From a virus: a stretch of 64,000 bases of DNA. Shown here in pieces: positions 19,940 to 30,276 of the stretch (its first letter is position 1; every line of letters starts with the position of its first letter). The stretch spans positions 1 to 64,000 of IMG/VR virus record IMGVR_UViG_3300033146_001182. One strand, written 5' to 3'. Under the pieces are notes generated by a model. That model was not told the DNA's origin. It worked only from the letters and a program-made list of their open reading frames with translations, and searched no databases. The translations under genes were made by a program, and so were the position numbers.

Positions 19940-21528
19940 TAGATTATTTCCTCAATTGTTATTGTTGATTCCTGTGAACTTGAATTAGCAGCACTGGTAT
20001 CAAGAATCTCCACTTCTGTTGGGTTTATATTAGTATTATTTATCGTCCATCCATTAACGACAGGTGGAGTTGTTCCTATTGGATAAAATACCATATTAGG
20101 TTTGAAACTCCATGTCATTCTTAATTTAGATGTATCAGTAACATATGTATCAAGATTAGTTGTTGTTGCAAATGCTGCCAATGGAAGATCTCTTGAAATA
20201 AATCCACCAACAACCTCATCACCAGTAATATTTGCACTTAATCCAGCATTGTTAGTAGGAACAGTTATAAATGTCCATGCACCAGTTCCACCTATATCAC
20301 CATCAGTTAATATAATTCGTCTTGTCCATATTTTAGGTCCACCAGTAAATCCAGTTCCATCCCACGTTCCTGATACTGGAATATCTATATCTGGCGCTGA
20401 TGAAAGATTTTGATCACTAGTGGCAGTTATAGTATAATATATACCATTAGGAGAAGTTCTCATTCTTGTTACAGGTTGACTAACAGTAATTGTTGGTGAT
20501 ACATTAGCTACTTCTATAACTTTATTAAAATATGATGTTGCTCCATTAGCTGTTCTTGTAGCTCTTATTCTAAAATTAGTTACACTATCATTGTAATGAG
20601 AAACATTATTAAATACTATAACTTTATATTCACTGTAACTTGTTTCATCATCTGGAAAAAAGAAATCATTATTTGGACTTGTATATAATATTGTGTCAAA
20701 ATCATTTACAATTGTATATTGTCCACCTTCTTCATGATTCTTAAATGCTGTTTGTCCTGTTGGATATCTTGTTCCATTATCAACAAAAGAAGGATATAAA
20801 TCATTACATAACACCGTATTAATTCCATCTACAGAACCATTATCATTAGTATTAACAATATTACCTCTTGTATGGTTATTATTATATGAAGTTAATCTAG
20901 CATATTGAGTAGATTGAGTTGTTCCTGTGTGTCTTATTGTTGTAGTTATTGTTGCGTGATGAACAGTTCCCCAATTTAATTCAGTTGTAGATAAATCAAT
21001 GTAATTATATTGACATGCACCATAATCATATACTTCCAAATGAGTTGGTTCTGCTTCATTAGGATCAAAATTAACAATAATATCAAAATGATCACCATAT
21101 TTAACTTCTGTTTGACCAGAAGGATAACCACCTGTAAATACTGTATCTAATATCACAGGAATAGGATCAGGACCAACAATTATAGTATGATATGCTCCAT
21201 CTTCATGTTTAGCAGTTATTGTACCAGTATTCATCGTTAATGTAGCTGTTCCATAATATGATGTAGGATTTTGGTTTGCATTAGTTGACCATGTTACATC
21301 AATTCCATTTACTTTAACATTAGGACGCACATGTGTATGTCCAGTATAAGCAAATACACCAACAGTGATTTCAGTTACATCTGGACTTGCAACAGCAGAA
21401 GCAACTGCTGTATTGTTTTCCGCCATTGTTGTTGTGATATTACCAGTATTTGGAGTTAAAGAATAAATGAATACAGAACCATTTATACTTGCCCCACCAG
21501 AACCTTGTTTTGTTACAATAATCTGCAT
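19939..21528 (-). CDS. putative virion structural protein (beta-rich)
   Basis: T/N/G-rich; first gene after late promoter. Confidence 0.6.
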   Translation of the reverse strand: MQIIVTKQGSGGASINGSVFIYSLTPNTGNITTTMAENNTAVASAVASPDVTEITVGVFAYTGHTHVRPNVKVNGIDVTWSTNANQNPTSYYGTATLTMNTGTITAKHEDGAYHTIIVGPDPIPVILDTVFTGGYPSGQTEVKYGDHFDIIVNFDPNEAEPTHLEVYDYGACQYNYIDLSTTELNWGTVHHATITTTIRHTGTTQSTQYARLTSYNNNHTRGNIVNTNDNGSVDGINTVLCNDLYPSFVDNGTRYPTGQTAFKNHEEGGQYTIVNDFDTILYTSPNNDFFFPDDETSYSEYKVIVFNNVSHYNDSVTNFRIRATRTANGATSYFNKVIEVANVSPTITVSQPVTRMRTSPNGIYYTITATSDQNLSSAPDIDIPVSGTWDGTGFTGGPKIWTRRIILTDGDIGGTGAWTFITVPTNNAGLSANITGDEVVGGFISRDLPLAAFATTTNLDTYVTDTSKLRMTWSFKPNMVFYPIGTTPPVVNGWTINNTNINPTEVEILDTSAANSSSQESTITIEEII

Positions 21529-21572
21529 TAAATATTAACCTTATTAGAATATATTTTCTTTAATTATAATAG

Positions 21573-21580
21573 TATTTATA
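21573..21580 (-). promoter_or_regulatory. T4-type late promoter TATAAATA
   Basis: Exact TATAAATA in intergenic gap upstream of structural cluster. Confidence 0.75.
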
Positions 21581-21601
21581 TCCTAACATCTACCGAATTA
21601 T

Positions 21602-22159
21602 CTATTTTAGATTTTTTAATAAACCATCAGCAAAACCCATCTCAATTGCTTCTTTTGCATCAAGATATGCGTTTCTACTAATAAGATTCATTATTTCATC
21701 ATTATTTAATTTTGACCCTTCACATATTTTATCAACAAATAAAGAACGACATCTTTGTAATTCTTCAATCTCAATTTCAATATCGGGAACAGAACCTTCC
21801 ATACCTGCTGATGGATTATGTAACATCAATCTGGCATGTTTACTCATAAATCTCTTTCCTTTAGTTCCTGATGAAAAAATCAATTGTCCTGCACTCATTG
21901 CCTTTCCAATACAAATAGTTTGAATATCACAAGTTAACATATCCATCATATCCACAATTGAAAATGCTGCAAATAAATCTCCACCATAACTATCTATAAT
22001 TAAAGTGATATCTTGTAATGGATCATCTCGTTGTAAACTTATCATTCCAATATTAATATCTTGTGCTGTCATTTCATTTACTTCACCTGCAAGATAAAGT
22101 ATTCTTCCGTGATACCTTGTTGATTTCTTTTCATCATCTCTCGTCATATTATTTTTCAA
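21602..22159 (-). CDS. clpP: ClpP-like protease
   Basis: IDSYGGD, AMSAG (Ser), LMLHNP (His), YLDAKEAIEMGFAD. Confidence 0.85.
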   Translation of the reverse strand: MKNNMTRDDEKKSTRYHGRILYLAGEVNEMTAQDINIGMISLQRDDPLQDITLIIDSYGGDLFAAFSIVDMMDMLTCDIQTICIGKAMSAGQLIFSSGTKGKRFMSKHARLMLHNPSAGMEGSVPDIEIEIEELQRCRSLFVDKICEGSKLNNDEIMNLISRNAYLDAKEAIEMGFADGLLKNLK

Positions 22160-22400
22160 TCTCCGATTTCTTAAATAGTATTGTTTGTAACCATAGTAAT
22201 GTTGATATTGGTGTTAATAATATACTCATTATAAACAACATTCTTAATTCTTTCTTGGTGTAATCATGAACGACTAAAAGAAAGTTTATATTTTTCCTCA
22301 TAGTTATTATGGTTATAAGTGTTTGTATCAATAACATTATAAAATATATTGATAATCCAATTATATATGGATTTGTCATGAATTGTATAAATTGTTCCAT
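22149..22400 (-). CDS. two-TM membrane protein
   Basis: Start revised to MEQFIQ after SD AAGGA; promoter TTGACT-17-TATAAT upstream. Confidence 0.6.
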   Translation of the reverse strand: MEQFIQFMTNPYIIGLSIYFIMLLIQTLITIITMRKNINFLLVVHDYTKKELRMLFIMSILLTPISTLLWLQTILFKKSEIEK

Positions 22401-22503
22401 TATTATTCCTTTTGATAAAAAAATAGGGTTATTAAAATCTAATAACCCCATTATATACCATATATGATATTTAGTCAATCTTTGTCATACAAAAATGTTC
22501 TAA

Positions 22504-22734
22504 TTATTCGCTCGCCAATGTATTTTTGCATCTTACAAGATCATCCTTTGTAGTTAATCTCATTTTCTTTAATTTTTTCAATAACATAGTATCTTCATAA
22601 GACAGATACCCTCTTCTTTCCTGTAATTCGTCAATCTGTTTGTCTATAAGAGTGTATTCTTCCATATATCGTCTGAATACTGGATTCTCTCTTAATGGAG
22701 AACTCTCATCACCGAAAAAACTCTTACCTAACAT
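22504..22734 (-). CDS. DUF465/YdcH-like coiled-coil protein
   Basis: IDKQIDELQ...LKKLKKMRLTTKD. Confidence 0.55.
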   Translation of the reverse strand: MLGKSFFGDESSPLRENPVFRRYMEEYTLIDKQIDELQERRGYLSYEDTMLLKKLKKMRLTTKDDLVRCKNTLASE

Positions 22735-22766
22735 TTAATCTTACCTCCGAATAGTTTTGTTTTCAT

Positions 22767-25559
22767 TTAACCACCAAAAAATGCGTTAAATGATTGATTT
22801 TGTTCTAATATGTGTTCCTTTTTTGCTGGTTCTAAGAATGATAATAGTTTCTGTGTTAAAAACTTATCAATCATCTTATCTTTATCTGGCATTATACCGA
22901 TTTTCTCAAACTCTTTTACCCACCTGTCATACATGATACATTGTATTCCATATGGATTTGGTTTGATATACACAAGTTTGTTTTTTGATTCATCTTCAAT
23001 TTCAGGATATATATTATCAACTTTTAATTCTTTGATTAAATTATTATATGCTGCGGCAGCTTTAACATGATATGGTGTTCCTTTAATACATTCACCATTT
23101 ACAACATATTTCTCCAATCCTTTGATACCTTTATTTTCTGATATTTCTTCTGTATATGCTGTTTTTGCTATCTTTTTATATTTGTTATAAGATTCATAAA
23201 TAATATCATCTTCTTCATTTCTAAGAATCATTCCTAACATATCTTTCAATGCTTCACGAAATACAGATGGGGTTTCTGATCTAATAATCTCCAATCCAGT
23301 AACATCAATGTCATCACAAGGAACTCCTTCATTATTAACAACATGATATCCATATTTCTTTTTTTGAATGAATAATGCTGATTTACATACAATCTCTTGT
23401 TTGAATACAATTGAAAATATATCTTTGGTCATTTTTGAAGCATATTCACCTTGTTGTGTTTCTACATAAGCACATTCATTAACATAATTTTCTATAATTT
23501 TAGATATATTAAGTATAACTTCAGTTATTAGTTCATCATCTAATTCTTTTTTCCATTCAGTTCCCATAATTTGATCTATAAAATGTCCTAATTTAATGAA
23601 AACAGAATCAGTATCAATATATGCAACTAAATCACCTTCAATTTTTATATTAGTATCCACCTTACCTAACCGTGACAATTCATCTAAGACATTTTGATCT
23701 TTCCAATGATCTTCTCTAAACCATCTATTAACATATTTTTGTCCATCAATAATTGCTCGTCTACCACAAGAAGCAATTGCCTCTGATATATGAATATTAA
23801 AATATCTTGAATAAGGAACACCAGTAACACCATAAGCAGAGTTTAATACAATTTTAATCGCCCATTGTAGTGCAAAAAGGTTATTTGCTTTTGCCTCATG
23901 CTCTTTTTTCTTTTCTGGATTTCTTGCCCTATTAACTTTAAGTTTTGCCTCTTTCATTAAACCTTTAACAATTGATCGTTTTCTATATGTTTCTAATTCA
24001 ACTTGAGAGAAATGTCCTTGTTTATGTTGAAAAAATATTGACCCACAAGGAGCAATAGTTAATAACCCTTTTTTCAGAGCATTATTAAACTTTTCTAACT
24101 TCTCACCCTCTATTGTTGATACTGTTTGTTGCCCAACTGAATCAGATAAATCAGGTTCTTTTAATAATTTGAATGGTGGAAACTTTCTATTAAATGTAAA
24201 CTCAGTAATGGGAGTTTCACCTTGTGCAACTTCTTCAATATTTAATTCATCTCTTCCATTAAATATATCAATCTCTCTGCCAGTATGTTCATCAATATAT
24301 GAAATAATTCGTCCATAATATGTCTCTGGTGACATGTTTAATGTAATTATGGCTGTAGGGTAGGAAGAAGCAATATCAAGGTCTACAATCCAATCATATT
24401 GTCCTCTTGACGGTTCTTTAACAAAAGCAGCAGGAAACCATGCTTGATGTCCACCTTTCAATCTAGGAGCACATAAATCATTTCTTCTGTAATGAGTTAA
24501 CATTAATCCTTCAATCAATGCAACAGATGAATTGTAATTTTCCATTTGACAATGACACAATAATGAAAGGTTTTGTGCAAGTCTAATGTAACCTAATTTC
24601 TCTTCTAATTGATCAACCCTCATAGTATCAACAGCATTATAATCAACATATAAATTGAAATCTTCATTATAAAGATTTGATAAGTTTTCATATTGTGAAT
24701 AATCTAACTTACCTTCTTCCAATTCTAACATTGCAATTGTATCAAGTTTATAATTTTCGGGATTTTTTGGAGTATACCATTTATATAAGGCTAGATAATC
24801 AATTACAGATACACCAGCAATATTAATACTCATTGCATTTGTATCCTTATCATCCCAACATCTTACTACATTAATAGGAGATAATTGATGCCAAATTGTG
24901 GTCTTTTCACCAAAGAGATTTTTTGAACGATTGATGAGATAAGGAAAGTCAAATCCACCTCTTCTGTTCATTTTGTTATCAGCAACAATATTCCACCCTG
25001 TAACAACATCAGGAGAATGTTTTTGCCACCAAGAAAAGAACTTATCTAATAAATCTCGTTCATCTCTACATTGATAATATTCTATACCATATTTGTTATC
25101 ACCTGTATATTCTTTAAGACCCCAAGTAACATTACATACTCCACCCATACCTCTTACATTTATCAATACAACAGGAAATTTGGCTTCTTGTGCCTTTGGA
25201 AATCCTTCTTCTGAATGGACTTCAATATCAATAGAATAGATTTTTAATTTAGGAACTTCAATATCATCATCAGGAATGTGGTGATATTTTTCACATAGAA
25301 ATTGAATATCAAAAGGAACTTCATTCTCAAACACTGTATTTTTATGAAGTTTTTGATAATCTTTGTAATCTTTTATCGCAGCAAATGTTCGTTTATTGAC
25401 AGGAATACCATCAATAGTTTTAATATTAGATGATTTTGATTCATCTGCCTCATACACATATGGGACCCAATTCACGATATTAAATTCATCGTTACCTTTT
25501 GATTGTTCCCACAGATACATACGACTTCTTTTTGTGTCATAATAACAATTCTTATACAG
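22767..25559 (-). CDS. 43: family B DNA polymerase (T4 gp43-like); probable CTG start at 25559
   Basis: DIE ExoI, GWNI..FDFPYL, DLDIASSYP, KIVLNSAYG, YIDTDS, KKKYG. Confidence 0.95.
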   Translation of the reverse strand: MYKNCYYDTKRSRMYLWEQSKGNDEFNIVNWVPYVYEADESKSSNIKTIDGIPVNKRTFAAIKDYKDYQKLHKNTVFENEVPFDIQFLCEKYHHIPDDDIEVPKLKIYSIDIEVHSEEGFPKAQEAKFPVVLINVRGMGGVCNVTWGLKEYTGDNKYGIEYYQCRDERDLLDKFFSWWQKHSPDVVTGWNIVADNKMNRRGGFDFPYLINRSKNLFGEKTTIWHQLSPINVVRCWDDKDTNAMSINIAGVSVIDYLALYKWYTPKNPENYKLDTIAMLELEEGKLDYSQYENLSNLYNEDFNLYVDYNAVDTMRVDQLEEKLGYIRLAQNLSLLCHCQMENYNSSVALIEGLMLTHYRRNDLCAPRLKGGHQAWFPAAFVKEPSRGQYDWIVDLDIASSYPTAIITLNMSPETYYGRIISYIDEHTGREIDIFNGRDELNIEEVAQGETPITEFTFNRKFPPFKLLKEPDLSDSVGQQTVSTIEGEKLEKFNNALKKGLLTIAPCGSIFFQHKQGHFSQVELETYRKRSIVKGLMKEAKLKVNRARNPEKKKEHEAKANNLFALQWAIKIVLNSAYGVTGVPYSRYFNIHISEAIASCGRRAIIDGQKYVNRWFREDHWKDQNVLDELSRLGKVDTNIKIEGDLVAYIDTDSVFIKLGHFIDQIMGTEWKKELDDELITEVILNISKIIENYVNECAYVETQQGEYASKMTKDIFSIVFKQEIVCKSALFIQKKKYGYHVVNNEGVPCDDIDVTGLEIIRSETPSVFREALKDMLGMILRNEEDDIIYESYNKYKKIAKTAYTEEISENKGIKGLEKYVVNGECIKGTPYHVKAAAAYNNLIKELKVDNIYPEIEDESKNKLVYIKPNPYGIQCIMYDRWVKEFEKIGIMPDKDKMIDKFLTQKLLSFLEPAKKEHILEQNQSFNAFFGG

Positions 25560-25645
25560 ATTACACCTACCTTTTGGATCAAATCCAGTGATATTTTTGT
25601 ATCTATAATGACATATTCAAACTTATATGTAAATGTTAGAAAATA

Positions 25646-25801
25646 TTATTTTGGTGCTTCTTCTTCACTGTCTTTGTTGGTTGGTTTTTTAGGTTTACCT
25701 TTTTTGGCAAATAATCCTGATACCTTTTTATCAGCAGCAGCAATTTTAGCATTATCATTTTCTTCTTTGAGATGTTTTTCTATAATTTCTTCAATATTCA
25801 T
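25646..25801 (-). CDS. small protein (51 aa), possible internal head protein
   Basis: MNIEEIIEKHLKEE...EEEAPK; SD GGAG; absent from ORF track. Confidence 0.65.
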   Translation of the reverse strand: MNIEEIIEKHLKEENDNAKIAAADKKVSGLFAKKGKPKKPTNKDSEEEAPK

Positions 25802-25812
25802 GTTGTTCTCCG

Positions 25813-27120
25813 TTATTTAAGTAAATAATTTACCATACCCTGTGAACCTGTAATATCATTCATTGATGCTTTAGAACCAATAATTGTTAATGACATTGAA
25901 TCACTCTTACTTATTTTAAATGATACAATACCTTTTTGCCAATCTTTAATATTTAAATTTGCTTGCCAAAAATCTTTTACACCTAAAACTGTTAATAATT
26001 CATCAATTGCTTGACGATCAGTATTAATCATATAAGATAATCTTCTGGAAAAAAATGATGTTAATGAATTTGGTAACATTGATTTTATTCTACTTAAATT
26101 ACCTTCTATTTTCCAATTACCATTCATGATCATATTAATTACTTTTTTTACTTCTGGTGTATCATTACCTTTTCTTATATTAACATATACTTCCATTGGA
26201 TTCATTTTACCCAATCCCAATATTTCATCAAATCCGAATTTATATAGTATATCTTTACCTTGACGATTTGGATTCAAACTACCTTTTTCTGTGATATCAA
26301 TAAGTTGTTTTAATATTTTACTTCTTACATTTTGTTTATTTTTTATCAAAACAGGTAATAAATTGGAGAAAAATGATGCCTTTGCTCCAACTCCAAATTT
26401 AGAAGAAATTGCTATTACAGTTCCATCAGCTTTTTTTATAAACATTGAATCAACCCCAGAAAATGATGGGTCATCTGGAACTACAAATGATACTTTATCT
26501 TTAGATGATAATGCACCTGGTATTACCAATTCACCATTTAATGCAAGTAAACCAATAATTAATTCACCTAAATATTTCCCTAATTCATTTATTTGATCAT
26601 TTGTTATACTACCATCCCATTCAATATTCTTAAATGATGTTTGATTTAGATACTTAGATAAAATTGATTTAATATTATCAGGTATTAATTTATTGCCACC
26701 TATAGAAGAATTAATAATTGAACTTAATTCTTCTACAGATGTGAATATTTTTGCTTCAAAGGTCTTATTTGCTAAGGTTACTGTTTCAGTTTTAGCTCCT
26801 CTGGTCATATTTGTAGCATTTATTCTTAATTTCTCAGTTGCACCTTTAGTTATTGGTTTTGAAATTGTATTAAAAGGAATTTTTACTATGGAAGTATTAA
26901 ATTTAATATTTGATAATAAAGTATTTTTTATTTTTTGTAATGGTAAATCTAATACTGTAATTGTACTTCCAATAGGAATGATAGTATCAGTTTTGTTACC
27001 ATCATTGTCATATACGATTGCATCTTTATTTAATGTAGTTTTAACTTCTTGATCTTTGAAATATTTCTTCCAAGAAGAAAAACCTGTCGTTGCTTCTGTT
27101 AGATATCGTTCCAATCTCAT
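25813..27120 (-). CDS. late hypothetical protein, possible PD-(D/E)xK nuclease fold
   Basis: YLGE...GVDS...ISSK; N-terminus MRLERYLTEA; late promoter upstream. Confidence 0.55.
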   Translation of the reverse strand: MRLERYLTEATTGFSSWKKYFKDQEVKTTLNKDAIVYDNDGNKTDTIIPIGSTITVLDLPLQKIKNTLLSNIKFNTSIVKIPFNTISKPITKGATEKLRINATNMTRGAKTETVTLANKTFEAKIFTSVEELSSIINSSIGGNKLIPDNIKSILSKYLNQTSFKNIEWDGSITNDQINELGKYLGELIIGLLALNGELVIPGALSSKDKVSFVVPDDPSFSGVDSMFIKKADGTVIAISSKFGVGAKASFFSNLLPVLIKNKQNVRSKILKQLIDITEKGSLNPNRQGKDILYKFGFDEILGLGKMNPMEVYVNIRKGNDTPEVKKVINMIMNGNWKIEGNLSRIKSMLPNSLTSFFSRRLSYMINTDRQAIDELLTVLGVKDFWQANLNIKDWQKGIVSFKISKSDSMSLTIIGSKASMNDITGSQGMVNYLLK

Positions 27121-27124
27121 AAAA

Positions 27125-27159
27125 AAATACTCCCTTGATTTCTCTCAGGAGTATTTATA
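27125..27159 (-). promoter_or_regulatory. late promoter TATAAATA overlapping an RBS-sequestering hairpin
   Basis: TAT-AAATACTCC-14nt-GGAGTATTT-TTTT-ATG. Confidence 0.75.
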
Positions 27160-27162
27160 TTA

Positions 27163-28377
27163 TTATCGACCAACATCAGTCAAATATTTCTTTTTAGTTT
27201 CTTCACCTTCCAATTCATCATAAAAAAGAATGTCGTTAGTTACATTATCCTTTTCAATTAATTTTGTAATTCTTTTTGAAGCATACTTTTCTTTCCATAA
27301 TTTAGACAATGTTTCTACACTGTTATCAAACTTTTTTTCACCATGATTATCAGATTCTTGTCTCAAATATTCATTGGTCTTTGTATATAATGGCGCCCAA
27401 TAAACACCACGAGGTGCATTATTCTTAGGTGGTTTAATATTTAATTCTTTGAACACCTTACTCATTATTTTAGTTTTAGGATGAGAAGGTATTGAACATC
27501 CATCTCCATCATTTTTTGGTCTTACAAATGAAGCATAATCATCTGGATAATAATCTTTACAATAATTTTTAATTAACTCATATGTCTCATTTGAGGGCTC
27601 CATTGCAATTTCACCTGTGGATGATTTACATTTTTTCCAATATTTAAGATTATTGTATTGTGAGAATCCACCATATAAAGATGTTGTAGTTACACCCAAT
27701 AATTTTTCATTATATGATTCATTCCAAGCATTTTCTATGACATCACTCAATACCATTAAACTAATTAATTTACCACCCAAATAATTATAGCCTAATGGTT
27801 GAGTTGGAACAATACTTGAACCCATAGCAGTATGTTTTAACATCCCACCTTTCATTTTATTTTCCATTGTCCAATTAATAGCTTTATCTCTACCACCAAT
27901 TGATATAAAATCTGAACCAAGAGAAATAACACCTAAATACTTGTGATTTGTAACCTTATTACCAAATAAATCAACATTTTCTTCTTCATGGACAACATAA
28001 AATCTTAGATTTCTTCCTGGATTCTGATTCCATGCAGCAGAGGAAATATATAATCTTAAAATCCTCCAAATCAATAGAGTTTCTTTGTCATTTGCCCAAA
28101 TTACTTTAATGTTAAGATCTTTATAATCATCAATAGATTTTGGTTGCCAAATATTCTTTTTTATATGTTTAACTTTATTGTAATCAGAATCAGACCAATT
28201 AAGACTGTTTATTTCTAACCACTTTCTATACAATGTGTATTCTGGTATACTCATTGTTGATAGATATTCAAAGTTTTCTTTAATTGTTTTTTTTATTTCA
28301 TCTTGTTTATTGATATTTTCTGTGACAGATTTTTCATCTTCACCTAAAAATGCAATATCAAATAAAGGGTTATTCAT
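27163..28377 (-). CDS. DUF4338/DruA-like protein
   Basis: PGRNLRF, GVISLGSD...RD, PTQPLGYNYLGGKL, TTSLYG..SQYN. Confidence 0.7.
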   Translation of the reverse strand: MNNPLFDIAFLGEDEKSVTENINKQDEIKKTIKENFEYLSTMSIPEYTLYRKWLEINSLNWSDSDYNKVKHIKKNIWQPKSIDDYKDLNIKVIWANDKETLLIWRILRLYISSAAWNQNPGRNLRFYVVHEEENVDLFGNKVTNHKYLGVISLGSDFISIGGRDKAINWTMENKMKGGMLKHTAMGSSIVPTQPLGYNYLGGKLISLMVLSDVIENAWNESYNEKLLGVTTTSLYGGFSQYNNLKYWKKCKSSTGEIAMEPSNETYELIKNYCKDYYPDDYASFVRPKNDGDGCSIPSHPKTKIMSKVFKELNIKPPKNNAPRGVYWAPLYTKTNEYLRQESDNHGEKKFDNSVETLSKLWKEKYASKRITKLIEKDNVTNDILFYDELEGEETKKKYLTDVGR

Positions 28378-28555
28378 ACATTATCCCACCTTGCCTGTTT
28401 ATTGAATTCTTCTCTAGTTATTTCAATTACTTCTATAACTAGTTTGTTACCTTTTTCCATATAATCAGTAAAGGTAATAATTTCATTATATAACCCTTGA
28501 TCTGTTTCTCTTAATATAATTGTATTTGTATTTGGGTCAGTTATTTTATATACTA

Positions 28556-29089
28556 TCATACAATATCAAAAAGAACATTATGTGTTTCCCATAAAGTTTT
28601 CTTCATTTCTTGTTCTTTTTTGCCATTCATGGAATTTTTCAATCTATCATCATCAGATGTATCAACAAACAAATAAACAACAAAATCATAATGAGTATTA
28701 TAGACAAGTGATTGTCCAATACCTTCTCTAATAGATTTACCAGATGAACCTTTTTTAATTTCAACAGCAATTTTAATATCATCAAAATCAATTGTAAAAT
28801 CAGGACGATGTTGAACTCCCATAAACATAAAATTATTTACGGTGGTATTTGGATCTTCTTCACTTGCCAATTTCATTCGGGCTAATTTCTTTGCTGTTTC
28901 TGGTACATATCCTTTGAATTCTTCATATAATGAAATTACTTCTCGATGAAGTGGTGTCGCCATTCTATTTTGAAGTTCTGATTCAGTTTTTTGTTTATAC
29001 TTTACTCTATCAAAAACCTCATCATTCTTTAGAGCATTCATAATACGATTCAAAATTTTAGACCTACGTTCACTTTTTTTAGTACACAT
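28556..29089 (-). CDS. PD-(D/E)xK nuclease
   Basis: RPDF...AVEIK...GIGQSLVY. Confidence 0.7.
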   Translation of the reverse strand: MCTKKSERRSKILNRIMNALKNDEVFDRVKYKQKTESELQNRMATPLHREVISLYEEFKGYVPETAKKLARMKLASEEDPNTTVNNFMFMGVQHRPDFTIDFDDIKIAVEIKKGSSGKSIREGIGQSLVYNTHYDFVVYLFVDTSDDDRLKNSMNGKKEQEMKKTLWETHNVLFDIV

Positions 29090-29129
29090 TTCAATTTCCT
29101 TTCATTTTTAAGTTGTTATAATTACTTTA

Positions 29130-29885
29130 TCATAATTCAATTACTTTGTCAGGTTCAAATCTTTTATTTTCAAGATCATCAATAATATATCCCTGTGGAT
29201 TACATACAATTCTAGTTTTACCTACATTATAATCAAAAGATGTATGAGTATGTCCATGTATCCAACAATCAGGTTGATAATCTTCAATTAAATATTCCCA
29301 TTTGTTACCAAAACATGTATTTAATTCACTTGATTTATATTGTGTGTCAAGTGACTTATAATGTGGGTAATGATGGGTTATAACACATACTTTATCATAA
29401 CTATTTTCTAATTCTTCTTTTAGAAAACTTTTAGATTGTTTACCCCATGTGATACCTTTATCATTACCTTCATTCATGATATCAAAAATACGATAAAAAT
29501 CATTAAGACATCTAATAACAGAAGGAGTTAATGGTCCATTAGAACCATCCCACCATCCAGTAGTTCCAATAAAATGAATGTTTTCAAAATCAATAGTATC
29601 TTCCATTAAAATATGAATATTTGATTGAGATTTATTAAATTCAATTAATTCACGATCAAATCTATCTTTACGAACCCCATAATATTCATGATTACCAGGA
29701 ACAAAGATAATATCTTTATCAGCATCTTCTTGTATAGAAATAAGACTATTAAAAAGTGAAGAATTAACATTTATATCACCAGCTAATACTAATAAATCAG
29801 CTTTTGTGTTAATCATTCTTTCATAATAGTCTTTATATGTATTACCAAACTCCAAATGGAGATCACTAATTATTTGAACTTTCAT
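29130..29885 (-). CDS. calcineurin-like metallophosphoesterase
   Basis: SDLHLE, LAGDI, GNHEYY, THH, HGHTH, NPQGY. Confidence 0.9.
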   Translation of the reverse strand: MKVQIISDLHLEFGNTYKDYYERMINTKADLLVLAGDINVNSSLFNSLISIQEDADKDIIFVPGNHEYYGVRKDRFDRELIEFNKSQSNIHILMEDTIDFENIHFIGTTGWWDGSNGPLTPSVIRCLNDFYRIFDIMNEGNDKGITWGKQSKSFLKEELENSYDKVCVITHHYPHYKSLDTQYKSSELNTCFGNKWEYLIEDYQPDCWIHGHTHTSFDYNVGKTRIVCNPQGYIIDDLENKRFEPDKVIEL

Positions 29886-30189
29886 CTTGTCTTCCTTTTA
29901 ACAACATAAAGTATAAATCTTTAATTGTTTTTAATGGAATATTATTTCCATCTTTATCTTGAACTCTACCTTCGGCATCATTACCAAATTCACATTCCCA
30001 ACACCAATATTGAATCCACTCATCAGCATCATCCATTACAATTTCAAGTAATTCGATAATTCTGTCAATTAATTCACCTGAATACACAATAAATCCTTCA
30101 ACTTCTAGTATTTCTGAAAGTGCATCATCTTTTTTATAATATTTTATAATGGTGTCCATATGTTTTTCAAAATCATTAAATGATAACAT
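29866..30189 (-). CDS. hypothetical protein
   Basis: WIQYWCWECEFG...IKDLY; SD GAGG. Confidence 0.6.
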   Translation of the reverse strand: MLSFNDFEKHMDTIIKYYKKDDALSEILEVEGFIVYSGELIDRIIELLEIVMDDADEWIQYWCWECEFGNDAEGRVQDKDGNNIPLKTIKDLYFMLLKGRQDESSNN

Positions 30190-30276
30190 TATTTTTCCTC
30201 TCTTTTATGTTCTTCAATTGCTCTTTTCCAACACATTTCACCAGAAAATACACTGGCATCAACCAATTCAATCATT

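Noticed and set aside
27163-28377. Complete Druantia defence system
   Set aside because: Only a DruA-like domain is present; there is no DruE helicase.
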